The notes under the pieces were generated by a model. It saw nothing but the letters and a program-made list of their open reading frames with translations, had not been told where the DNA came from and did not search any database. A stretch of DNA of 64,000 nucleotides from Stegostoma tigrinum (Eukaryota), in assembly GCF_030684315.1 (NCBI RefSeq), contig NC_081396.1:6200001-6264000 (forward strand), written 5' to 3'. Below, piece by piece: positions 1-13,173 of this stretch; position 1 is the stretch's first letter; each line of letters starts with the position of its first letter. A program made the position numbers and the translations under genes.

Positions 1-360
1 TGGTGGTCACTCACTGCAGATGCGCCGGGTGGAATTGCGCATGCGCGCTGCTCTCCTGTGACCTGCATAGGGGACGTTCTTCACCGTGCGGAATGATGGG
101 TAAAGACACTGCCATTGCTGCGTGACTTTCTGTCCTGCTACGATCTGGTGGTTATGCAATTTTTTTTTGGTGGTGGGGGAAGTGGGCCAATCAATTAAAT
201 TAGGAACCCAACTGCAAAGGCGCCGTTGCCATAGTTGCAGAGCGCTGCAGTCTCATTAGAGGGAGTGAATGGGTGGTGTATTGAACCTGGGGGCCGGCAC
301 ACCTCAGGCGAGGGGTGGGTTTGTGAAGACGAAACCTGCACGATGACGTCAGCCAGTGCA
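1..360 (+). promoter_or_regulatory. CpG-rich promoter / putative non-coding first exon of a plus-strand ZNF unit (truncated by window edge)
   Basis: NRF1-type TGCGCATGCGC at about 36-46, CCAAT at about 187, CRE palindrome TGACGTCA at 344-351; 10-128 aligns by eye with 43112-43239. Confidence 0.6.
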
Positions 361-829
361 TGGAATCTGACTTGCTCAGATGATGCCGTACACCACACAC
401 CAGCCACCTGACCCGTACATGAAATTGTAGTGCAGTAGCGGTGGAGGAAAAGGCAATAGTCCCGTGAATGTATGTAGACAGAAAAAAAATTCTACCGTGG
501 TAAGTTTATGTCCATTGAAAGAAGAGGGTACTTTTCAACCTAGTTCTTGCGAATTAGGTAGCTCAAGTGTCAATCAGAGAACATTGTAACGATACTGTGG
601 CTTTAAGACGTTATTGTATCCTGTTTTGTTTTTAAAAGAGCGGTGAAAACTCATTAGGTAAGCAACTTGAGACCTTGTGTTTTTTTAAAAAAGCTGGAAC
701 TACAGAAGCAGCCTGAATGAGTGTGGTCAATATCGTCGCAGTGTTTGATGATAATTATCGACGTATGTGAAGTTTAAGGTGATAGCTAAAGGAACAAGGA
801 ACACTCCAGAATAAGGCCTTAGAAGGAAA

Positions 830-1160
830 CAGCACTGTTCAAAGTGGTGAGAAATCATATACGTGTGTGTGTTGAAGAGGCTTCAGCTGATAGCTGTCCT
901 GTTGAAGAAAAGCACATCCACACTGGAGAGACTCCATAGAAATGTCAGGATTATGGGAAAAACTGAATTTCTCAGATGAGATGGAATGTCATTGACAGTC
1001 ATATCAGGAGCAAGCATTCACTCGTTATCTGTGTGGGAAGGATTCATTCAGTTATCCGACCTGCCAAGACACCAGCAAGTTCATATTGATGAGAGACCTT
1101 TTAAATTTGTGGGAACTTTAATCAAGTTATTCAGACACATTGTGACACATGACATTCGCT
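830..1160 (+). pseudogene. heavily decayed C2H2 zinc-finger relic
   Basis: Remnants cacactggagagactcca (HTGETP), tgtgtgggaaggattcattcag, caccagcaagttcat...gagagaccttttaaa, with stops and indels. Confidence 0.65.
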
Positions 1161-1669
1161 GATAGAATTTGAATCTGGGCCTTTTAGGCAGAATGTAGGG
1201 ACATTATCACTCCATCTGTGTGGAGGATAAAATCTTCCAGAATACTTTAAAATAATGTGGACTTTTCTGATGAAAGTGGATGAAAGTTAAAGCCCAAATT
1301 TGCAGAGCTTAATGTCCAAGGGATTGGGGTGCAGGTAAGTTCGTGTCTCCAATGATAAAAAAAAGTCTCCCTTACTGAGGTTTGGATGGAGATTCTCAGT
1401 TTACTGAGAGTTGTTTCCAGCTGGCTAGTTTCAGCGATTCATTGCCAAAATGATTAATAACAAAAATTACTCGACAGAACAAACATTTCTATCATTACCA
1501 TTAAACAAAAGAGATGCTACTATTTATGCTCACTTGTCCAGGAGGATGTACAACACACTTTCAGCAGTGGCATATCTGTTGTAAAAGTCTCACAGAACTG
1601 ATGTTAAATCAACCTGTTCACTCTGATGACAGACCGAGGGGCCAAGTAGCCTGATCCTGCACCTATGTT

Positions 1670-2270
1670 CCACCCCTTCTCTCATTTCCCTCCCCAATAC
1701 ACATGCGCTCTCTTACTCTTTCTCTTCCGTCTCTTTGCTTCCTCTCCATTTTGCTCACCCCTCTCTCTCATGGTCGCTTGGTATCATGCACTCTCCATCT
1801 ACCCCTTCTCCTGTGCTGACTTTCTCTTGTCCCAATCTCTCCTGTTCTTGTCTTGATTGTAACCTCTCTCACTCTCTTCCCTCCCCCAACTCAAACTCAT
1901 GCTCTTGTGTTTCACGCTTTCTCTTGCCTGCCTCTCTCTTTCATCCTCTTACTTCCTTGCCCCCCCACCACCTTTTTCAGTTACCCCTTCTCTCTCACCT
2001 CATGTCTCCAACTCTTGCTTCACTGTCACTATTGCCTCACCCCTCGCAATCTTACCTCTCCTTTTCCTGACTCTCTCCTGTCTTGCCACACCTCTTCACT
2101 TCCACTCAATATCCACTCAACTATTTCTCAACCCCACCATACCCTCTCTCATCCTGGCTGCCCTGTTTACTCTGTGATCCTTTCTCTCTCTCTCAGCCCC
2201 AGATTCTCAATTTCTCTCTACCCTCTTTTCTTTCTGTCTGTCTCTTTCATCACCTCTGCCCCTTCGCCCA
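1670..2270. repeat. C/T-rich low-complexity tract
   Basis: Near-pure pyrimidine runs; overlapping ORFs are Ser/Leu/Pro compositional artefacts. Confidence 0.8.
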
Positions 2271-2417
2271 TAAAGACTGCAACCCTGTGTAGGTCCAAAC
2301 CAGGTGTCAGGTTGCCTTCCCTGATGGACATGAGTAAAACTGTTTGATTTCTACAATAATCCAACAGTTTTCATTTTTTAATCCTTCCTGGTGGCAACCC
2401 CACAAATTACCAGATTC

Positions 2418-3300
2418 ACAGAGTCATACAGCACAGAAACAGACCCTGTGGCCCAACTTGTCCATGCCGACCAGATATCCTAAATTAATCTAGTCCCATT
2501 TGCCAGCATTTGGCCCCTATCCCTGTAAACACTTCCTATTCACGTACCCATCCAGATGCCTTTTAAATGTAGTCATTCTACAGTCTCTACCAGTTCCTCT
2601 GGCAGCTCAGTCCATACATATGCCACCATCTGCGTGAAAAGTTGCTTCTTAGGTCCCTTTTAAATCTTGCCCGTCTCACCTTAAACCTATACCCTCTAGT
2701 TCTGTACTCCCATACCCTGGGAAAAAGACCTTGATTATTCACCCTATCAATGCCCCTGGTGGTTTTATAAACCTCTATAAGGTCACCTCTCAGCACCCAA
2801 CGCTCTAGGGAAATAGCCTCAGCCGATTCAGCGTCTCCCTATTGCTCAAACCTCCAAACGCGACAATATCCTTGTAAATCTTCTCTAAACCTTTTTAAGT
2901 TTAACAACATCTTTCCTGTAGCAGGGAGGCCAGAATTGAATGCAGTATTCCAAAATTGGCCCAACCAATGTCCTGTACAGTTGCAACATGATATTGCAAC
3001 TCTTATATTTGATACACTGACTAATAAAGTCAAACACCTTCCCCACTTTCCTGTCTACCCATGATTCATCTTCAAGTAACTATGTACTTGCAGTCGATGG
3101 TCTCAGTCCAGCAACTCTCCTCAGGACCTTACCAGTAAGTGTACAAGTCCTGCCCAATTTGCCTTTCCAAAATGCAGCACCTCACATTCATCTAAATTCA
3201 ACTTCATTTGCCGCTCTTTAGTCCATCGGCCCATCTGTTCAAGGACCCCTTATACTCAGAGGTAAGCTTCTTCACTGTCTGCAACACCTCCAATCTTCAT
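2418..3300 (-). mobile_element. CR1 LINE 3' fragment
   Basis: Minus-strand peptide LRGDLIEVYK...RVNNQGLFPR...TRGYRFKVR typical of the CR1 ORF2 C-terminus, plus 3' UTR. Confidence 0.85.
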
Positions 3301-3378
3301 TTAGCTCAATTTCACAACCTGCCTTTGAATCTTTGCAGGACTACTCTTGCTGTCTGTTTTCCGTTTCAAATCAATTTC

Positions 3379-4307
3379 ACAGGTCTTTAGAAAGGAGGAT
3401 TTGCGGTCAGGAGACTGAAAATAAACATATCGTCAGGATCCAACAGAACTGCCCAATTGACTTGAAAGTCGTGAGATTTTGAACAGCGCCGTTCACTCTG
3501 CAGAGCAGCCGTACCTGTAATCTGTGTGGGCGAGTTTTCAGTCAATCACCTGGCCTCAACACACACAAGCTCAGTCAAGTCGAGGGAAGACTGTGGAAAT
3601 GTGAAGGTAGTGGGAAAGGATTCAGGTCATTGACGAAGCTGGGAACTCACAGGCTTGGTGACGCCGAGGAGACACTTTTCACCTGTTCCGAGTGTGGGAA
3701 GGGATTCGCCCGGCCATCCGTTCTGCATGGACACCAGCGGGTTCACACCGAGGAGAGGCCTTTTAAATGCCCAGATTGCGGGAAGTGCTACAAAAGTTCC
3801 GGGGAGCTGATGTGCCATCAATGTGTTCACACCGGCGAGAGACCTTTTAAATGCCCGGACTGCGGGAGGTGCTTTATAAGTTCCACCAATCTGGCATCCC
3901 ATCGACGTGTTCACTCTGAAGAGAGGCCTTTCAAGCGCCCGCACTGTGGGAAGTGCTTTAAAAGTTCCAGGGAGCTGATGTCCCACCAGTGGATCCACAC
4001 CGAGGAGAGGCCGTTCCGGTGCTCCTGCTCCAGCACGGGGTTCAGGTGGTCGTCGGCAGTCACTGAGCACCAGTGCATTCACGCTGGGGAGAGGCCCTTC
4101 TCCTGCACCGAGTGCGGGAAGAGGTTCATTCGTTCGTCTGCCCTACTGAGGCACCAGAGAGTTCACACTGCGGAGAGACCGTTCACGTTTCTGGACTGCT
4201 GGACTGTCTCCAAAAGCCCCTGGGGACTCACGTCTCAAAGCATTCAATCTGAGGAGAGAATGTTGAGGTGCTCCGACTGCGGGACTAAATTCAGATCATC
4301 GTCCTGA
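3379..4307 (+). pseudogene. damaged C2H2 ZNF gene (about 4 intact and several broken fingers)
   Basis: Acceptor ttcaaatcaatttcacag ending 3381-3382; LNSAVHSAEQPY then a frameshift near 3514; frame open to 4307 but no upstream in-frame ATG; Zn ligands lost in FKRPHC, FRCSCSS, FTFLDC. Confidence 0.75.
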
Positions 4308-4319
4308 CATTTTTTAAAA

Positions 4320-4670
4320 ATTATTCCTTCATAGGATGAGGGCATGGCTGGCCAGGCAGCATTTATTGCCCACCCCAGAGGGCAGTTAAAAGTCAACCAC
4401 ATTGCTGTGGGTCTATAGTCATGCGTAGGCCAGACCATGTAAGGATAGCAGTTTCCTTCCCTAAGGAATATTAGTGAACCAGATAGGTTCTTCCAACAAT
4501 CGACAATGGATTCACAGTCATCGTTCGACTTTGAATTCTGGATTCCAACAAAATTATTCAATTCAGATTTCACCATCACCCCATCATCCCATAGTGGGAT
4601 TCAAACCCGGGACTCATTACCTAGGTCTCTGGATTAATAGTCTAGTGATAATACCACTAAGCAATCGACC
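4320..4670 (-). mobile_element. tRNA-derived SINE family A (possibly Deu/SacSINE-like)
   Basis: B-box-like gggtttgaatccc on minus; body shared with 14680-15035, 23015-23350 and 43760-44020. Confidence 0.7.
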
Positions 4671-4711
4671 CCCTACTCTAGAGTGCGCGCGCACGCACGC
4701 ACACACACACG

Positions 4712-5680
4712 TCCATGCTGATCATAATCCCAAGTCAAACTGCTTGCACCTGCCTGCTCCTGGGCCCACGTCCCTCCAAACATTTCTTGTTCATGTACTT
4801 ATCCAAATGTCTTTTCAACATTGTAACTGTCCCCACATCCACCACTTCCTCTCGAAGTTCATTCCACACATGAATCACACTCTTGTGTTTAAAAAAAACT
4901 GCATCATTTCTTTTTTTAAATCTTTCTCCTCTCACTGTAAAAGTGTGTCCCCTGGCCTTGAAATCCTCCACCCTCGGAAAAAGACACGTGCCATTCACCT
5001 AATCTATGATCCTCATGATTTTATTAACCTCTATAAGGTCCTATCCTCCAGTGGAAGAAGTCCCAGCCTCTCCAGCCTTTCCTTATAACACAAACCCTGT
5101 ATTCCTGGCCACATCCTGGTAAATCTCTTCTGAACCCTCTCCAGCTTAATAAGACCTTTCTTAAAACAGAGCAACCAGAACTGCAGAAAGCGCTCCAGAA
5201 GAGACCTCACCAGTTGTGTTGTACAACCTCAATGTAACGGCCCAGCTCCTACACTCAAAGCTGTGAGCAATGAAGGCCAACATGCTAAATGCTTAACTAT
5301 CCAGTCTACATGTGATGCAAACATCAAAGAATTATATCCCTGCACCCTTCAGTCTGTCTTTTCTACATCACTACCCGGGGCACTGCCATTAATTGTGTAA
5401 GTCCTGCCCCTTGTTTGATTTCCCAAAAATGCTATACCTCGCATTTGTACAAATTAAACTCATCTGCCACTCCTCAGCCCATTGACCCAATTAATCAAGA
5501 TCCCTTTGCAATCTTAGACAACTTTCTTCGCTCTCTACTATACTACCAATTTTGGTGTCATCTGCAAACTTAGTAACTGTGCTTTCTATATTCTCATTTA
5601 ATTCATTTATATAAATGACAAAGAAAAATGGACCGAGTGCTGATCCCTGTGGAAAACTGCTGGTCACAGGCCTATATAGG
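4712..5680 (-). mobile_element. CR1 LINE fragment (RT end to 3' UTR)
   Basis: PQGSALGP...KFADDTKIG and ARGHTFTVRGERF peptides on minus strand. Confidence 0.85.
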
Positions 5681-5994
5681 TCCAACATGTCCTCCCTGCT
5701 CTTATAATTTATGCCATGACTGATAAGTGCAAGGGACCTGTTTTCCTCCTCCCTGCCCTATGTCCTGCCACCTTCAGGGATCTTGATCTGTGGACAAGCA
5801 CCCGAAGATCCCTCTGAGCTTCCTAGTGTCCTGCCATTCATTGTGGAGTCCCTTAGCTTGTTCTTTCATCTCCCACTTTTGAATCCTTGATTTTATTAAC
5901 TCATCCTCGGGGGAACATTCCCGGGGAGCGGGGGGTTGAATCTCTGAAATTCCTTCCTTAAATCACTCGATGACTCCTCTGCCTTTCTCCTGAC

Positions 5995-6285
5995 TGAGTC
6001 ATAAAGCATGGAAACAGACCGGTTGATCCAACTCGTCCATGCCGACCATGATCCCAAACTAGGCTAGCCCCACCTGCCTGCGCTTGGCCCATATCCTTCA
6101 GAACATTTCCTATTCATGGATTTATCCAAATACCTTTTGAATATTGTAGCTATGCCTGCACCCACCATTTCCTCTGGAAGTTCATTGCGCACACAAACCA
6201 CTCTATATGCTCACGTCCATTTTTTGAAAATTTCTTTTGGGAAAAAAAAGCCTCAGCCTATCCAGTCTATCTTTATAATTTCCAG
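5995..6285 (-). mobile_element. CR1 3' end fragment
   Basis: Same 3' UTR motif as the other CR1 copies (catggaaacagacc...ttggcccatatcc). Confidence 0.75.
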
Positions 6286-6699
6286 CAATGTCCTTACTCC
6301 CTCGGTCACTCACAGCCTCCCCACCCTTTCTGTCTCCTGCTAATAAACCAGCTGTGAAGGGGCTCAGATCTTTACATCATACAGATGGGGAGCAGGTAGA
6401 CGTTCCTGTCGGGGCTGCAGCCCCAGGCTTGTGCTCAACAGCACTTATTAAAAAAAGTTTCATTCAACTTCGTTTGCATGAAAAGTTGCTGCTGTCTCAA
6501 GGTGGTCATTTTGTACAAAGTGCATGGACAGCAGAGCGCCCTCTTCTGCTCGATGATTCTACCCTGTGGTTCTGTGATATCTTGTTGAACGACCCTCGAA
6601 TCTGAAGTGGAGGTCATCTAGTCCGCCTTGGCCCCGTTTAAAGAGAAATTCAGGGAATTGCCACCCCCTGGCCCTTCCCACGTCGCCTCGGACGAGCCT

Positions 6700-6910
6700 G
6701 CTGCTGTCTCTGTGAAACACAAGCTCTTGTCACCCTTGGGCGGAAACCGTGGAGACGTGGCGACTGCGGGAAGGGATTCGATTCGTGTGTGGAGTGTGCT
6801 CATGCTGGGCAGGGGCCATTCTTTCCGAGGCGTGGGAAGGGATTCACTTCGTCATCCAGCTTCCGGACACACCAGGCAGCTCATCCTGGAGAAAGAGAGG
6901 GAGGACTGAA
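6700..6910 (+). pseudogene. ZNF relic
   Basis: aaaccgtggagacgtggcgactgcgggaagggattc (KPWRRGDCGKGF) and a second gggaagggattcact...caccag finger with indels. Confidence 0.7.
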
Positions 6911-7920
6911 CCGCTCAGAGTTTGACAGTGACGATCGCTTTACAAGCCCGTTCCTGTTGAAATACTCAATTTCCTAAACTGTTGGGTCCCTAACCCCTTG
7001 TGGGAGGAGAACACTATTTGAAGTTGCTGCTGCTGTAGAGCTTGGACTGATGCCTGACAGCTGTGTGGTCCCTTTAAATCCTCAATTTGTTTTTTTTTAT
7101 TGATGGGAGTGACCCAGTAGACTGCTCTCTGAGGCCTGATGGTTGTGCCGTGCAAAGGAAGTTGTTTATTTCTTTTGTAGAAGCGATGTCTTTGATACGC
7201 AGTGTCATAACGTATTCTTAATCACGACTCTGTAACATCAGTACCTTCTGTCACTAACGAAGATCTTGTCACATCAATGCCCAGTGAGTCCAACCGCATT
7301 AATAATCTGCTTTGATTTTGTTTATTTCTTGTATCTTGTTGCAATGCCGTCTGAAAACACAGAAAAATGAGCCACAACCTAGAACAGAAAGGCAGAGAAA
7401 TGAAAGAGTGAAGAACACGTCAGACTTTACAGTCCTTCCTGTTCAGTGCTCCATCACGGGCCTGGGGTCTCCTTCACCGTGCTGCCAACACAACTGAGCT
7501 AAGCAACAAAAATAAAAGAGCAAATAAGCGAGAAGAGAGAAAAAAACAAACAGAACATAAAGGAAAAGTAAAGCGGACCGAGTGGATGAGCTCTGAGCTC
7601 AGAAGTCTTACTCCAGTATCATTTTAGTGGAAGATTACATTCACGGTCAGAGTCCTGTTACTTTAAGATTTCAGGACACGATCACATTAATAGTCAGCTA
7701 CAGCAATAGTTAGGACCTTTAAACGAATCGAACACTGATTATTTCGATAATAGTGGAGGTTATATTACATTCCAGGATCTAATTATGTGGACAACTCTTG
7801 TATTAGAAACATGTTGCCAATTCCACCAATAATCAGGAATCTGTCAGCATCTGTGGAGAGAAATCAGAGTTAAGATCCAGTGACTATTCCTCAGAACTTG
7901 ACCCAAAACGTTAACTCTTT

Positions 7921-9172
7921 CATAGAGTAATAGAGATGTACGGCATGGAAATGGATCCTTTGGTCTAACTCATCTATTCTGGCCAGATATCCTAAATTAA
8001 TCCAGTCCCATTTGCCAGCATTTGACCCATATCCCTCTAAACCCTTCCTATTCATGTCCCCATCCACAGGCCTTTCAAATGTAGTCATTGTACCAGCCCC
8101 CACCACTTCTTCTGGCAGCTCCTTCCATACACGCACCAGCATCTGCATGAAAAAGCTGCCCCTTAGGTCCCTTTTAACTCTTTCCTCTCTCACCTTAAAA
8201 CTGTGCCCCTCTAGTTTTATACTTCCCCACCCTGGGCGGAAAAGACTTTGTGTATTTATCCTATCTGTGCCTCTCATGATTTTACAAACCTCTATGAGGT
8301 CACTCCTCAGTATCCGTTGCTCCAGAGAAAATAGCCCCAGCCTATGAAGCCTCTTCCTTACGACTCAAACCCTCCAATCCAGGCAATGTCCTTGTAAATC
8401 TCTTCTGAACGCTTTCAATTTTCACAACATCCTTCCGATAGCAGAGAGACCAGAATTGTGCACGGTATTCCAAAAGTGGCCCTAACCAATGTCCTGTACA
8501 GTCACAACATGACCCTCCCAGCTCCTCCACTCAATGCACTGACTGATAAAGGCCAGTGTACCAAATGCCTACTTCACCATCCTGCCTACTTGTGACTTCA
8601 CTTTCAAGGACCTATGAACCTTCACTCCAAGGTCTCTTTGTTCAGCAGCCCTCCCCAGTCCCTTACGATTAAGTGTATAAGTCCTGCCCTGATTTGCCTT
8701 TCCAAAATGCAGCACCACATACTTATCAAAATTAAACTTCATCTTCCACTCCTTGGCTGATTGGCCTATTTGATCAAGGTCCCTCATACCCTGAGGTAAC
8801 CTTCTTCACTGTCCACTACACCTCCAGTTTTGGTGTCATCTGCAAACTTACCAAACATACCTCCTATGTTCACATCCAAATCATTTGTATAGACGATGAG
8901 AAGTAATGGAGCCAGCACCGATCCTTGTGGCACACCACTAGTGACAGGCCTCCAATCTGAAAAGCAACTCTCCACCACCACCCTCTGTCTTCTACCTTTG
9001 AGCCAGTTCTGTATCCAAATGGCTGGTTCTCCCCATATTCCATCTGATAATTCCTTGCTAACCGGTCTACCGTGAAGAACTTCATTGAATGTCTCACTGA
9101 AGTCCATACAGATCACATCCACCACTCTGCCCTCATCAATCCTCTTCGTTACTTCTTCAACCAAATCAATCA
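7921..9172 (-). mobile_element. CR1 LINE fragment including part of RT
   Basis: VDVICMDFS...WRPVTSGVPQGSVLAPLL...KFADDTK in ORF 8784-9329, with downstream CR1 C-terminal motifs. Confidence 0.9.
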
Positions 9173-9559
9173 TGCGTTCTGTCTCTGAGAAGCTGTTCTC
9201 TCCTCCTCTGTCTCTCTCAGGATGGTCAGCTGGTCTCCTCAGAAGGTTCAAGAGAGCAGTCTGCAGGTGAACCCTTACTTTTGTACCTTTCTTGATGGTT
9301 TTTCTGGAATTTTCTACAGTTCTGGCCAATCAGGGAGATACATTTAATAGTTGGAAACATTGTCAGTCATTTGAATGGATTGCTACTCTTTGCTTATTTA
9401 TACAGCAGGCTCTGGTGCCTTTCTGTCTGGGCCCTTCTCTGTTTGGTGAATAAGTTGTCGGGGGGGGGGGGGGGGGTACATGTGTCCAGAATAACTGTTG
9501 CTTTTACATTGTGCTCATGTTATTGGCATCTGGCTGCCGTGTTTGCAATATTTCTGGTG

Positions 9560-9910
9560 TGTAGGTTTTGGAAGTTCAGCGTTTTACTTGGCCAATGTAC
9601 CCAGCATTCCTTGCTGCTTTGCCAAGTTAGCGATCCATCTGTGTTTTAACAGCCAGGATGCTTCTACACCTCCCACCCTTCCTCTTAACAACTCTGATTC
9701 TCACCTGCCAGAACTTTAGCTTGGAGTCACACAAACCCTTAAAACAGGCTTACGGCAGGGAATACTTGGGATGCAGTGATTTGGTACAATCTCTTTTTGA
9801 ACTTTAAAAGCACCCGGCTCATTTCTCATCTGGTCATTCAACACCACGTCTCCCCGTTCTATCTCTCCGAAAGAGGTTATCATTGTTCACAATGATCACA
9901 CATCATCGTG
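9560..9910 (-). mobile_element. old LINE remnant (AP-endonuclease-like motif)
   Basis: Minus strand near 9845-9910 reads DDVIIVNNDNLFRRDRTGRRG, resembling the CR1/L2 endonuclease YxLFRRDRxGRRGGG motif. Confidence 0.4.
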
Positions 9911-10539
9911 GAGTGTTCATTTTGGTGCAGGCATCTGTTTCTGTCTATTCCTCATCCTGAAACTGTCTGATATGGCGCTGTCAGGTTGTACAGCACAGAG
10001 CACATCGTTACAGAGAAGGGTGGCTAAAACCAAGAGGTTTTGGTGAATTTTTTTTCAACTTGTTGTAGTCAAGCACTTCTTTTTTTCAGATCCACTGAAG
10101 TAAAGAGGCAAGTCCTGTTCCCTACACCTCTGTTGTAGCTGGTGCATTTCTGCCTTCACTTGGTCTGCAAATAGATGAATTCTTTTCAACATGACCCCAG
10201 TGAAGACCACGGACCACAAATGATGTCCCTGCAGTGAGTGCAATCTCCTACAGTACCTTTGTTCTTGATAAATTGTGAAAGGTTTTCTTTTGCATCAGAG
10301 ATATCCTGTGGAACGGGCCAGCAGGGGAGGAAGCATCCATACAGTCATACAGGACAGAAACAGACCCTTTGATCCAACCAGTTCGTGATCCTAAATTAAA
10401 CTAGTCCCACCTGCCTGCTCCTGGCCCATGTCACTCCAAACATTTCCTATTCATCTAGTTATCCAAAGATTTTTTTTAAATGTTGTAACTGTGCCCACAT
10501 CCACCACTTCCTCTGGGCTCTAGGACACATGCCACATTA

Positions 10540-10760
10540 CTGTGCAGTTGAAGGCCATCGTTTCAGCGAGCTGACTGGTGTGCCGTGAGGTCAGACATCT
10601 GAGTGAATCCCTTCCCGCACGTGGAGCGGGCAATCTGTCTCTCCCCGGTAAGGATCTCACTGATGTTTTGCAAGGTTGTCTCGAATGCCTGAACCTCATT
10701 CCACAGGTAGCATGTTAGCTGAGGGGCATCATGTCCATGTGAGCTCGCTGGTGTGATGCA
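10540..10760 (-). pseudogene. ZNF relic
   Basis: Minus strand accggggagagacag...tgcgggaagggattcactcag...caccag; frames broken. Confidence 0.7.
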
Positions 10761-11004
10761 AAACTGAAAGAGGCGTTACTAAAGTCCAACTAAACGTCTA
10801 CTACTGTGCCCTCATCCATCTTCTTGGTAACTTCCTCAAAAAACTCAGTCAAGTCGGTGAGACATGATTCCCCTTGCACAAAACGATGCCGACTATCCCT
10901 ACTCATTCCCTTGCCTCTCCAAATGCACGTAAATCCCATCTTTCAGAATCACTTCCAACAACAAACCCACCACCGAAGTCTGAGTCTCAGTTTTTGGTTA
11001 AAAA

Positions 11005-11245
11005 TTCTGGTTGCACTGTTATAGGGAGGATATTATGAAGCTGGAGAGGGTTCAGAAGAGATTTACTGGGATGTTGCCGAGAATGGAGTTATAAGAAGAG
11101 GCTGGGTCTTTTTTTCGTAGGAGGCTGAATGGCGACCTTATAGAGGTTGATAAAATCATGAGGGGTGTAGATAAGGTGAATGCTAGGTGTCTTATCCCTG
11201 GAGTGGGGGAATTTGAAGAGTAGAGGGGCACATTTTTTTTTAACA
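11005..11245 (+). mobile_element. CR1 3' fragment
   Basis: ctggagagggttcagaagagattt and gaccttatagaggtt motifs. Confidence 0.75.
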
Positions 11246-11404
11246 CAGATTTTTTTTTTTACCCTTTTATTGAAAAAGGGTGGGAGACAACAAACAGGTA
11301 ACTCTAAGCCATTTAGCTTAACATTGGTCAATGGGAAAGTATCAGACTCTATTAGAAAGGGAGTAATTCAACGTCAAGGGGAAATCATGTTTGGCAATTT
11401 TAGT

Positions 11405-11630
11405 CATGATGTGGATGTGCCAATATTGGACTGGAGTGGACGAAGTCAGAAGTCACATGACACCAGATTATAATCCAACAGGTTTATTTAGAATTACAAG
11501 CTTTCTGAGCCTCACTCCTTCTTCTCCAAAAGTGAAGCAAGGTGCGCTTTCCTCCACCTCACCTGACGAAGGACTGAGGCTCTGAAAGCTTGTAATTCCA
11601 AATAAACCAGTGTTGTATGACTTCCAACTT
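11405..11630. mobile_element. Penelope-like end, inverted pair with hammerhead-like motif
   Basis: 11481-11521 is an imperfect reverse complement of 11568-11608; CTGACGA...GAAA at 11563-11587. Confidence 0.6.
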
Positions 11631-11924
11631 TAGTGGAATTCTTTGAGGAGACAACAAGATAAAAGAGAGCAAGATGTCATGTCTGGGTTTCCAACAGGCG
11701 TTTGATAAGCCAACACACATCGATCAACCTCGTAAGATCAGAGCCCCTGGTGTTTGGAGTTAATATTAACACGGATAGAGGATCCGGCTGACTAACGTAA
11801 CAACAGTTAACTCATGTTTAGAACGCACTGTACTGGCTGAGGGCATCACCAAATAAAGGAGTTAGACAGAATGAAACTGGACCTCTGAAAACCAAGAAAA
11901 AAGTCCTCAAGAAATGACAGAGAT

Positions 11925-12002
11925 CACAAGGTGTGGAGCTGGATGAACACAGCAGGCCGAGCAGGAAGGCTGACGTTCCGGGCCTAGACCCTTCTTCAGA
12001 AA
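11925..12002 (-). mobile_element. Penelope-like 3' end with mutated hammerhead core
   Basis: Minus strand CTGAAGAAGGGTCTAGGCCCGGAACGTC (GAAA changed to GGAA). Confidence 0.7.
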
Positions 12003-12464
12003 TGGTCGAGAAATTTCCTCAAGAAATGACATTTTGATGACTTCTCAAAATCTGCCATTTGTGCAGTAGCATAGATTCACCAGTAGATGGTGGTATTGCA
12101 CCATTTTACTCACCCAGAGAGTACGTGTGTGTGAGAGAGACATTAACACTTCCTTTCATTCAACCTTGCAGTCAATGTACCTCCCCACGGCATACACAGA
12201 GACAAACACAGATGTACATACATACAGATAGACACATACACTTAGACACAAACACAGGCACACATAGATAAAAACACAGTTTGAAAAAAAGAGTTGCTGA
12301 GGACCTCTGGACATTTTCATTTTCTTTTATTCTCTTTTTGAAAAGAAATTCTGGTTTTGTATTTGTACACTTTTCACTGTACTCCTGATTGATGGCCACT
12401 CTGCCTTATTTCCTTGACTTTCCCTAACTGCCGTGCCTTTAGCAGCAGCAGCTTCAAACATCTA

Positions 12465-12906
12465 GAGTTACCATGATGTTGCCAGGTTTGTATTATAAGG
12501 ACAGGCTGGGACTTTTTCCACTGGAGCAATAGGAGGTTGAGGTGTGACCTTATCAGGGTTTATAAAATAATGAGATGCGTGGATAAAGTGAATGACAAAA
12601 GGTCTTTTCCCTCTGGTGGAGGGAGTTCAAAACTTTTTAAAATGAGAGGAGAAAGTTTTGGAAAGGACATGAGGGGCATTTTTTTTTAAACTGAGACAGT
12701 GGTCCACGTGTGGAATGAACTTCCAGACGAAGTGGTGGATGTGGGTGGAGTGAAAACATTTAAAAGACATCCGGATAAGTTCATGAATTGAAAAGGTTTG
12801 GAGGGATATGGGCCAAGCGCCGACAGGGGGGACTAGTTTAGTTTGGGAACATTGTTGGCATGGACTGGTTGGACTGAAGGGTTTGTTTCTGTGCTGTGTG
12901 ACTCTA
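12465..12906 (+). mobile_element. CR1 3' fragment
   Basis: CR1 C-terminal coding motifs and 3' UTR ending gtgtgactcta. Confidence 0.8.
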
Positions 12907-13173
12907 TCAGAGCTTCACGGAATTTCTACCAAAGACAAATCTCTTACTCGTTGCTCCCCCCCATCCCCAACTTTTGTTATAACCCGTCCTCGAGCTGCTG
13001 CTGCAGGTTACAGGCCATTCCCTTGCGATCTGTTCCCAGGAGGAAGTTACAAGTCCAATCCAAACCCACCTCCCCACATTATCTCTCTCCATAAGACACT
13101 TCGCATACTCCAGACACTGGGCTACTGTCCATGCTCTAGCTCATCAGTTGTAGAAGTTACAGAAGGCTGCTGA

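Noticed and set aside
1665-2347. Several overlapping 60-160 aa ORFs
   Set aside because: Arise from C/T low-complexity sequence lacking stops
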